Origin: an uncultured virus (IMG/VR IMGVR_UViG_3300010938_000011)
Taxonomy: Duplodnaviria; Heunggongvirae; Uroviricota; Caudoviricetes
DNA length: 37,956 nucleotides
IMG/VR virus record: IMGVR_UViG_3300010938_000011
Reading direction: 5' to 3' (one strand)
Position 1 is the first letter of the stretch. Each line of letters starts with the position of its first letter. The translations under genes were made by a program, and so were the position numbers. The notes beneath the pieces were generated by a model. It searched no databases. It saw only the letters and a program-made list of their open reading frames with translations, and had not been told where the DNA came from. Positions 1 through 7,523 of the stretch are shown here, piece by piece.

Positions 1-2
1 CT

Positions 3-386
3 GAAGATAAATATCCTGCAGCCTCTTCTAATTATATAATAGATCTTAATGGAGATATTTATGAAATAATTCCTAAAGAAGAAGTATCTTGGCATGGAGG
101 TGGAAGATCTTATACAGATTTAGCTAAAAAATTATTTACAACTCCAAAAGGATATATAGATCCTAATCTATATTCAATAGGAATAGAAGTATGTCATCCT
201 GATGTTACAGGAAAATTTACTAATGAATCTTTAGAAGGCTTAAGAAGATTATTACTCTATTTAAGATCTATATATGGAAATATACCAATCATAAGACATC
301 ATGATATTACAGAAAAGCTATGTCCTTTATGGTTTGTCCAACATCCTGAAGAATGGAATAAATTCTTAGAAAGCTTGGAGGCTTAA
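3..386 (+). CDS. N-acetylmuramoyl-L-alanine amidase (Amidase_2-type endolysin), 5'-partial
   Basis: Manual translation of frame 3 (absent from the ORF track because it has no start): ..ASSNYIIDLNGDIYEIIP..VSWHGGG..NLYSIGIEVC..IIRHHDITEKLCP..LEA*. These are the typical Amidase_2 motifs (WH, SIGIE, H..K.CP). Confidence 0.9.
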   Translation, partial: EDKYPAASSNYIIDLNGDIYEIIPKEEVSWHGGGRSYTDLAKKLFTTPKGYIDPNLYSIGIEVCHPDVTGKFTNESLEGLRRLLLYLRSIYGNIPIIRHHDITEKLCPLWFVQHPEEWNKFLESLEA

Positions 387-387
387 T

Positions 388-858
388 ATGAGTTTAGAAA
401 AATATGTTAAGCCTAAATTGCTTAATTATTTTCTAAAAATAGTATATGCAGTATCTAATAATTCTGAATGCTTATCTAGAAAAACAGGATGTATTTTAAT
501 AAAAGAAAATACTATAATCTTAGAAGGATGGAATTCTCCTCCTTCTAAGTCTAATCCTGAAGAATGTGAAAGATGTATGTTAAAAGATAAATCTTCTATA
601 GATTATGGAATATGTACTCATGCTGAAGCTAATTTAATAGCTTCAGCTGCAAAATTTGGTATAAGAACAGAAGGATGTGTTCTATTAACTGTAACTAAAC
701 CTTGTTTATACTGTTCAGGATTAATTATTAGAGCAGGAATTTCTGCTGTTTTATATTTAGAAGGTTACAGAGGAAACTCAGAAAATCTTTTAAAAAAAGC
801 TAATGTAGAACTAATAAATTTAAAGGAGATAAATACACATGACACCTACGGTTTATAA
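388..858 (+). CDS. dCMP deaminase (ComEB/DCTD family)
   Basis: Zn-deaminase motifs THAEAN and KPCLYC, plus SECLSRKTGC and GWN. Confidence 0.93.
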   Translation: MSLEKYVKPKLLNYFLKIVYAVSNNSECLSRKTGCILIKENTIILEGWNSPPSKSNPEECERCMLKDKSSIDYGICTHAEANLIASAAKFGIRTEGCVLLTVTKPCLYCSGLIIRAGISAVLYLEGYRGNSENLLKKANVELINLKEINTHDTYGL

Positions 859-1519
859 TAATTTAGATGAAGTTTTTATTCAAATGTACGAAAAAGGTTA
901 TTTCCTATCAAAAAGAGGAATAAAGTACAAATGCTTGTTTAATCCTATAATTGTCCTAAAACCAGGAGTTATAAAAACCTATAAAAGCAGACCTTTAAGT
1001 ATACAATATTTGATAGATGAATTGAGGTGGTATTTGAATCCTAATGAAGAAAATACTGAAAGAATTAAAAAATATAAAATATGGAAAGAGTATTTTGATG
1101 GAGGAAAAATATTTTCAAATTATGGTGAAAAAGCTTTAAAACAATTACCTAATGTAATTAAGGAATTACAAAATGATATGTTTACTACTAGAGCTATAAT
1201 TTATTATGGTTCTATAGAAAATTTAGGTATTATACAAAATGGAGAATCTATAGATATGGTATGTACTATCGCTATGCAATTTTATTTTACTTTAGATAAT
1301 TTCTTAAATGCTACAATTTATATGAGATCTAATGATTTAATATTTGGATTTTTTTATGATTTTATATGGGCTTCTTTGTTATTTGAAAAAGTATTAAAGA
1401 ATTTTCCTAAAGCTAAAACTGGAAATTTAACTTGGATTGTTACCAATCTTCATGTTTATGAAAAAGACTTTAAAAAATTAGAAGAGATTTATTTTGAAAT
1501 AAAAGGAGGTTTAAAATGA
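839..1519 (+). CDS. Thymidylate-synthase-family enzyme, most likely dCMP hydroxymethylase (T4 gp42-like)
   Basis: Contains ELRWYL, SNYG, TRAII, catalytic DMVCT, MRSNDLIFGFFYD and NLHVYE. There is Asp at the position that is Asn177 in E. coli ThyA and Asp179 in T4 gp42. It has MRSND rather than QRS.D and lacks the PCH motif. Confidence 0.8.
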   Translation: MTPTVYNNLDEVFIQMYEKGYFLSKRGIKYKCLFNPIIVLKPGVIKTYKSRPLSIQYLIDELRWYLNPNEENTERIKKYKIWKEYFDGGKIFSNYGEKALKQLPNVIKELQNDMFTTRAIIYYGSIENLGIIQNGESIDMVCTIAMQFYFTLDNFLNATIYMRSNDLIFGFFYDFIWASLLFEKVLKNFPKAKTGNLTWIVTNLHVYEKDFKKLEEIYFEIKGGLK

Positions 1520-2226
1520 AAGCTTGTGTTTTTATTTTAAATGGATATACAGATTTTTATCCTATAACTAAAGAATCCTTTAAAAGAAGTTTTCCTAATT
1601 TAGATATATATAGAATAGAAGGACCTACTGAAAAATCTTACTATTCAAAAGATACTATACTTTATTTTGATGATTTAGATTTAGAACATAAATTTTATGT
1701 AAGCTATTTCCATCCTAGTACTTTTAAATTAGTTCTAATGATTCATGAAGAAATCAATAAGATTATTGAACATTACGATAGAATTATAATTTCTGATGAT
1801 GATATTTATTTCTTTAGAGGATTTGATTTAAAAGAATATGAATTAGCAGCTGTAAGAGATCCTTTTAGTAGAAATACTTTCTCTAAAGTTTTTAAAGTAT
1901 TTAATTGCTTTAATTTTGGATTTTCTATTTACTCTAAAGAATATTTTAAGAGAGCTAAAGAATTTGTTCAAAATGAGATTTTTAATAAAAAAATTAAAGA
2001 ATTTTTTGATAGACCTCTTATATTAGAAAAAGAAATACATTTCTTCGATCAATGGTCTATTTCAGAATTTTTCTTTGAGCATTCAGCTAAGAATATTTCT
2101 GATAAATTATTTTTAGGTCTTAATGAACCTACAGAAGATTTAGTAAAATTTGCTAAAAAATATTTTTGTGGTATACATTATATTAAAAATAAAAAAGAAT
2201 GGTTATCATTAATTTTAGGAGGTTAA
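1516..2226 (+). CDS. GT-A fold glycosyltransferase, GT8-like; candidate DNA/nucleotide glycosyltransferase
   Basis: GT8 motifs appear in order: YDRIIISDDDI (DxD), LAAVRD, FNFGF (cf. FNSG), FDQ, IHY...KEW (cf. IHY.G..KPW). ATGA-coupled to the upstream gene. Confidence 0.8.
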   Translation: MKACVFILNGYTDFYPITKESFKRSFPNLDIYRIEGPTEKSYYSKDTILYFDDLDLEHKFYVSYFHPSTFKLVLMIHEEINKIIEHYDRIIISDDDIYFFRGFDLKEYELAAVRDPFSRNTFSKVFKVFNCFNFGFSIYSKEYFKRAKEFVQNEIFNKKIKEFFDRPLILEKEIHFFDQWSISEFFFEHSAKNISDKLFLGLNEPTEDLVKFAKKYFCGIHYIKNKKEWLSLILGG

Positions 2227-2233
2227 AAAATAT

Positions 2234-2932
2234 ATGGAATACACAATTTACTATAGAGAAGTCGACCCATCAATTTCGGAAAAAGCTTTTTTATATTTAT
2301 TATTAGACAATTTAAGCCTATTTCCTCCAAAAATTCTTTTTTTAGAAAAAGTTCCTTATATAGAAAAAGGCTATTTAGAATTTGATAGATATAAATTTTT
2401 TTTTAAAAATAAAATAGATTTCAAAGACGTTCCTATTTTGCTAAATAATTTAATTGTATCTAAAAATATAAAGTATCTATTTGTAGATGGACCTAATAAA
2501 GTAGGAAAAAGTACTATTCTAAAAAATTTAAAAGCTTTAAATAAAAATTATTTTTTACCTGTTAGACTAAATAGAAAAGATCCTATAAGATATGATTCTT
2601 CTTTCTTCAAATATAATTTAGAACTTTTTATAGAATTTTATAATAATTATGGAATGGTAGAAGGACATACTCTCTTACTAGATAGATTTTTTATTTCTCA
2701 ATTTGTATATCATCCAGAATATAAAATAGAAGATTATTTAGTGGAAATAAGCCAAATTTTTAGCTTAGAAGGATCTTATTTTTTACTACTATTGCCTAAA
2801 AATTATAAAGAAGTATACTCTAATAATTCAGAATTATATGATAGGTATATTGAAATAGCTTCTAATATAAATAAAAAATTTTATAAAAAAATAAAGTTTT
2901 TTGATATATATGATATTCAACTTATCAAATAA
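2234..2932 (+). CDS. Thymidylate-kinase-like dNMP kinase with ~75-aa N-terminal extension
   Basis: P-loop FVDGPNKVGKST and TMK-type LLLDRFFISQFVY motif. Confidence 0.8.
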   Translation: MEYTIYYREVDPSISEKAFLYLLLDNLSLFPPKILFLEKVPYIEKGYLEFDRYKFFFKNKIDFKDVPILLNNLIVSKNIKYLFVDGPNKVGKSTILKNLKALNKNYFLPVRLNRKDPIRYDSSFFKYNLELFIEFYNNYGMVEGHTLLLDRFFISQFVYHPEYKIEDYLVEISQIFSLEGSYFLLLLPKNYKEVYSNNSELYDRYIEIASNINKKFYKKIKFFDIYDIQLIK

Positions 2933-2981
2933 TTTTTTTTTATATTTTTAAAAAAATTTTTTATAAAATAAATAAAAGGAG
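2931..2981 (+). promoter_or_regulatory. All-A/T intergenic element with phased T/A tracts (putative phage promoter), followed by SD
   Basis: aatttttttttatatttttaaaaaaattttttataaaataaataaaaggag; similar blocks occur at ~28926, ~32736, ~36622 and ~37331. Confidence 0.55.
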
Positions 2982-2987
2982 TAAAAT

Positions 2988-3602
2988 ATGGTTTTACAAA
3001 AAACTAAAAATTTAATTTTACCAGAAAAAGCCGCTAGTGATGAAACTTTTTGTTTAGTAGCTTTACCTTCTGAAAAACATCCTTTCATACAAAATTTCTT
3101 TTTTACACCAGAAAAATTAGATAAAGTTTTAGATTTTGCTAAAGAATATCCTAATTTATGTGTAACTTTAAATTCCTATAAAGACTCTTCTTCTAGGTCT
3201 ATAGATAATATCTATAAATTCCATAGAATCTTATTAGATATAGATACTTTAATTTCTGAAGAAAGATTAAAAGAAATAATTAAAAAGCTTGAAGAATTTT
3301 TTATATCTGAAGATTCTTTAGATATTTGTTTAAGAGAAATAAAACCTAACCAATATAGAGCTCATATAGTAGTAAATTTTCTACCTTTAGATCTAACTAA
3401 ATTTAGTGAAAAAGGTCTTTTAGATTTAAGATACTTAGTTAAAGGATTAATTTATTCTATAAAGACGGAAATTCCAGAAATAGATTCTAAAGTTAATGAT
3501 TTGACTAGAATATGTAGATTGCCTAATTTTGAATATGAAGGAACTAATTCTTATTTTATTTATAAAGAGCATACTAATTTAATTGATTTAAATCAATTAT
3601 AA
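2988..3602 (+). CDS. Stand-alone AEP/RepB'-type primase catalytic domain
   Basis: Motif I LLDID, motif II RAHIVV and motif III region DSKVNDLTRICRLP. No helicase domain is attached. Confidence 0.7.
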   Translation: MVLQKTKNLILPEKAASDETFCLVALPSEKHPFIQNFFFTPEKLDKVLDFAKEYPNLCVTLNSYKDSSSRSIDNIYKFHRILLDIDTLISEERLKEIIKKLEEFFISEDSLDICLREIKPNQYRAHIVVNFLPLDLTKFSEKGLLDLRYLVKGLIYSIKTEIPEIDSKVNDLTRICRLPNFEYEGTNSYFIYKEHTNLIDLNQL

Positions 3603-3618
3603 AGGAGGAAACTTAAAA

Positions 3619-3897
3619 ATGATTTCAAAAGTTTTAGACAGTATAGCAAAACTTTTAATTAAAAAAGGTAATTCACCTTTAAAAGAAGGTTCTATGAAGG
3701 CTAATATTAAAGAATCTAAGCCTTCAGAAGAACCTAAAAAACCACCTAAACCAATAATAAATGGAGGAGATAAGAAGATGGCTATTAAGAAAACAGCTAA
3801 GAAAAATACAACTACTAAAGCTAAAAAAACTGCAACTAAAAAATCAGAACCTAAAGCTAAAAAAGTAGCTAAGAAAACTCCTAAGAAAAGGAGCTAA
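3619..3897 (+). CDS. Lys/Ala/Thr/Pro-rich histone H1-like DNA-binding protein; internal in-frame start at 3778
   Basis: The C-terminal segment MAIKKTAKKNTTTKAKKTATKKSEPKAKKVAKKTPKKRS has its own GGAGG at 3763-3767. Confidence 0.65.
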   Translation: MISKVLDSIAKLLIKKGNSPLKEGSMKANIKESKPSEEPKKPPKPIINGGDKKMAIKKTAKKNTTTKAKKTATKKSEPKAKKVAKKTPKKRS

Positions 3898-3900
3898 CAA

Positions 3901-4848
3901 ATGAAAAATAAAGTACATCTCCTTGTAAAAAATCAAAATCTTTTAAAAGATCTTGATTCTATTTATGGACCTTATGAAGATAAGGTCCTTTCTTCCTTTT
4001 CTCCTATGGTTTCTTTAGTAGAATTTGCTGGAAGAATATGTTATAATTCTGGAAGACCTAATTCTAAAAATAGGCCTACTGTAGAATATTTTAAACATAT
4101 TATAGAATCTAAGCATTATTCTATCTTTGGCCATTGGATGAAATTTTTCAGAATTAAAAATATGAAAAATTTTTTAAATTATATAAGCGTTCATAAACGA
4201 ACTTATTTAAGACAAGACCCTAATAAGAATTTTTATGTTATTCTTAGCTTAAGACATTTAATAGAAAATTTAGAAAACGATACTATAAGTGAAGTAACTA
4301 GAGATTTAGCCTTAGCTTATAAAGAATTTGGAATAGAGGCTAAATACAATAAATTATTAGAAATCATACCTGATAAATATTCTGTAATTGAACCTTATAA
4401 TTTTTTAGAGAATATTTATTCTTTTTTTATACAAACTTCTAGAAGAACTTCTTTAGAATTATTAAGACATAATACTGAATATTGTGTAAGTCAAGAATCT
4501 ACTAGATATGTCTCTAAAGGAGAATCAAAATTAGTAAATGAGGCTATGCCTATAAAGCTTAATCCTTTAGATAAAATTCTACTTAATATTGTACATAATT
4601 TAAGCTTGTATGCTTATAATTATATATTAAATTCTTATAAAACTAAAGATCTTTTAGAGAAAAAAACTTTAAGAGGATTTTTATCAGGTTATTTGCTACA
4701 AGATACAGATACAGTTTTAGTATATACTTGTACTGAATATCAATTTAATTGTATAAAAGAACAAAGATTAAGTCAATATGCTGATCCAAATATCAGAGAT
4801 TTAGTTGAAAAAATGAGTAAGGAGGTTGAAAAATATGGAGATGCCTAA
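3901..4848 (+). CDS. thyX: FAD-dependent thymidylate synthase
   Basis: EFAGRICY, HYSIFGH, SRRTSLELLRH..SQESTRYV and RLSQYADPNIR match ThyX motifs. The signature is a variant (RHN-x8-S instead of RHR-x7-S). Confidence 0.88.
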   Translation: MKNKVHLLVKNQNLLKDLDSIYGPYEDKVLSSFSPMVSLVEFAGRICYNSGRPNSKNRPTVEYFKHIIESKHYSIFGHWMKFFRIKNMKNFLNYISVHKRTYLRQDPNKNFYVILSLRHLIENLENDTISEVTRDLALAYKEFGIEAKYNKLLEIIPDKYSVIEPYNFLENIYSFFIQTSRRTSLELLRHNTEYCVSQESTRYVSKGESKLVNEAMPIKLNPLDKILLNIVHNLSLYAYNYILNSYKTKDLLEKKTLRGFLSGYLLQDTDTVLVYTCTEYQFNCIKEQRLSQYADPNIRDLVEKMSKEVEKYGDA

Positions 4849-7480
4849 TTGTAAATGTGCTATTCATTCAAAAGCAATGATGAGATATACTGTTGAGAAC
4901 GGGTTCTTTTATATAAAAGATTTAGGTTCTAAGAATTTCTCAGTAATTAGAGAAGAAAATTTGCTTAATAAAGAAATTGATATAGTTTTACTTTTAGGAT
5001 ATTATTATCCTAAAGAGATTTTTTCTGAATTTATTTTAAAGCTATTTAAGGAAGTAGAAGAAACCTTTATAGCTAAAGGAAAATCTATTTTGATTATTCC
5101 TTATTTAGGCTGTACTCCTACTAAATTTTCCTTAAAAGGAATAAGTGGTACAATACAATCAAAATGTTTCTCTATTAATACGTTTAAGATTTTACAAAAA
5201 GTAAATGTTAAAACTATTATAGCTACATCTTTATTTTCTAGCAAAATATTAGGAGTATCTTTTAAAGACCATATAGCTTTATCTGATTATTCTAATTTAA
5301 GAAATTTCTCTTTTTGGTGGACTGAACTTAAAACTAGAGTTTTTCTTATGGAAGAACCTTTATTCTTTTTAGAAAAAGAAGAAGAACATTTTTTAAATAG
5401 ATTTTTTAGAAAAGTTTTATTTTCAGCTTTAAGTTATGTTCATAATCAAATGCATATTGTAGAAAGAGTAGAATCTGAAAAATTAATTGAAATAATAGAT
5501 ATTACTTCAGATGAACAGCTAGATGAAATAACAAATGATTCAAATAGAGAAGTATTTTCATTAGATATAGAAACTACATCTTTAAATTTTAAAGACGGAG
5601 AAATTTTGTCTATCCAATTTTCAGATCATCCTCATAAAGCTTATTTTTTGTATTTAAAAAATACTAAAGTAAGCAAAGAGGCTATAAAAAGATTTCTTAA
5701 ATCTAAAAGATTTATATTTCATAATGGATTCTTTGATATTAAATTCTTATTAGAAAAAGAATTTTTTGAAAAAGGAAATTTTGAAGTAGAAGGAGATACT
5801 TTATTAGCTAAGTATTCTTTAGAACCTAATTTTAGATATTCTTTAAAAACATTAGCTTATTTTTATACCTATTATGGAGGATATGAAAGAGATTTAAAAG
5901 AAGAATTAGAAGAAAAATCTTCTTTTGGAGATATAGGTTATGAGACTTTTAGACAATATGCTGCTTATGATGCAGCGATTACTTTTCAAATTTGGTCTTT
6001 TCTTAAAAAAGAAATATCAGAAGATAAAAATGTGGAAAAACATTATAAGAATTTCTATATACCTTGCGTAAAAACTATTCCTTCAATAGAAAGAGAAGGT
6101 ATAAAAATAGATACAGATTATTATAGATCTTTTTCTATTGAATTAGCTAAATACCTAAAATGGTTAGATGAAAATTTATATAAAGAATTAGGAGAAATAA
6201 ACTTTAGATCAGCTAAACAATTAACTGAAGCTATATTAAGTAGATATCCTGAAATAAAAGATAAACTAAAATTTTCAGAAAAAACTTCTCAAATCTTAAT
6301 AAATTCAGATACTTTAGAACAATATGAAAAAACATTAAACTTACCTTTCGCTAAATATTTAGCTAAAAGGAATAGATTATTAACTCTACTTAGCCATATG
6401 TCTATTTCTGATATATATTCTCTCTTTTATAAAGAATCTAATATAGATTCTGAAAAATTAATAGATTTATTACAAAGGATAGATATTTTTGATAAAAAAA
6501 TCTATACTAAGTTAAATAAAGGACTATTAACTACTTATGAAGATGGATACGTATATGTAGCTACTTCTTTATTTAAAACAATTTCAGGAAGAATGGCTTC
6601 TGCTAAATCTTTAAGAGGAAGTGTGAATTTCTTAGGACTTCCTAAATATAAAGACTATAGAAAAATTTATACTTCTAGATTTGGAAAAGATGGATTTTTA
6701 TTAGAAATAGACTTTGATTCTATGGAAATTTTAATATTAGCTCATATAGTTGGAGAAGGACCTTTATATCAAGTTTTAAGAGATGGAATGGATATTCACT
6801 CTTATTTTGGTTATAAGCTTTGGAATAAGCTAAAAGGTGAAATAACTTATGAAGAATTTTATCAAAAAGCTAAATTAGAAGGAGTTCTTGAATTTGCTAA
6901 ATTTAGAGGATTATGTAAGAATGTTTCATTTACTGCTCAATATGGAGGTTCTTATAAAGCAGTAATGGGTGTAACAGGAATTTCTAAAGAAGAAGCTCAA
7001 CAAGTTTTAGAAAATTATTATGACACCTTTCCAGAAATTTATAGCTATATGAAAAAGATAGAATTAGATGCAACTAATGGTATTCCTATCTATTCTTTAT
7101 TAGGAAAAAGACTTTACATGAGAAGCTTAAAACATTCTTTATCTAAATATTTAGATAAGCCTTCTTTAATAAGAACTTGCATAAATTTTCCAGTACAATC
7201 TTCTGCTTCTAATATTACCATTTTAGCTTTTATCAATATATATAATTCTCTAAGAAGGTCTAAAGCTTTATTGTCAGTTCATGACTCTATCTTATTTGAC
7301 TTTTATAGAGAAGATTATGAACAAGATTTAGAAATTATTAAAGAATATACAACTAATATTAATCATTATATAGAACCAAAAATAGACTTACCTTTAAAAT
7401 GTTCAGCTAAGAAAGGTCTTTCTGAAGAAGACTTAGGCTTTTTTGAAAAGAATATGCCTAATATCATTAGTTACGAATAA
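4835..7480 (+). CDS. polA: Family A DNA polymerase with N-terminal UDG-like domain and 3'-5' exonuclease
   Basis: Exonuclease motifs SLDIETT, FHNGFFD and YAAYDA; polymerase motifs TISGRMAS, A (EIDFDSMEILILA), B (RGLCKNVSFTAQYG), NFPVQS and C (VHDSI). The N-terminal CKC..GCTP..KCF..KTIIA pattern resembles family-4 UDG. The likely start is ATG 4835 after AAGGAGG (the track gives TTG 4826). Confidence 0.95.
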   Translation: MEMPNCKCAIHSKAMMRYTVENGFFYIKDLGSKNFSVIREENLLNKEIDIVLLLGYYYPKEIFSEFILKLFKEVEETFIAKGKSILIIPYLGCTPTKFSLKGISGTIQSKCFSINTFKILQKVNVKTIIATSLFSSKILGVSFKDHIALSDYSNLRNFSFWWTELKTRVFLMEEPLFFLEKEEEHFLNRFFRKVLFSALSYVHNQMHIVERVESEKLIEIIDITSDEQLDEITNDSNREVFSLDIETTSLNFKDGEILSIQFSDHPHKAYFLYLKNTKVSKEAIKRFLKSKRFIFHNGFFDIKFLLEKEFFEKGNFEVEGDTLLAKYSLEPNFRYSLKTLAYFYTYYGGYERDLKEELEEKSSFGDIGYETFRQYAAYDAAITFQIWSFLKKEISEDKNVEKHYKNFYIPCVKTIPSIEREGIKIDTDYYRSFSIELAKYLKWLDENLYKELGEINFRSAKQLTEAILSRYPEIKDKLKFSEKTSQILINSDTLEQYEKTLNLPFAKYLAKRNRLLTLLSHMSISDIYSLFYKESNIDSEKLIDLLQRIDIFDKKIYTKLNKGLLTTYEDGYVYVATSLFKTISGRMASAKSLRGSVNFLGLPKYKDYRKIYTSRFGKDGFLLEIDFDSMEILILAHIVGEGPLYQVLRDGMDIHSYFGYKLWNKLKGEITYEEFYQKAKLEGVLEFAKFRGLCKNVSFTAQYGGSYKAVMGVTGISKEEAQQVLENYYDTFPEIYSYMKKIELDATNGIPIYSLLGKRLYMRSLKHSLSKYLDKPSLIRTCINFPVQSSASNITILAFINIYNSLRRSKALLSVHDSILFDFYREDYEQDLEIIKEYTTNINHYIEPKIDLPLKCSAKKGLSEEDLGFFEKNMPNIISYE

Positions 7481-7523
7481 GAGATACTATAATATTATAT
7501 AACTGTTATAAGGGTCATAAAAT

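Noticed and set aside
839..1519. Canonical thymidylate synthase ThyA
   Set aside because: It has Asp at the dUMP-specifying Asn position, lacks the PCH motif, shows gp42-like SNYG/MRSND motifs, and a separate ThyX is present.
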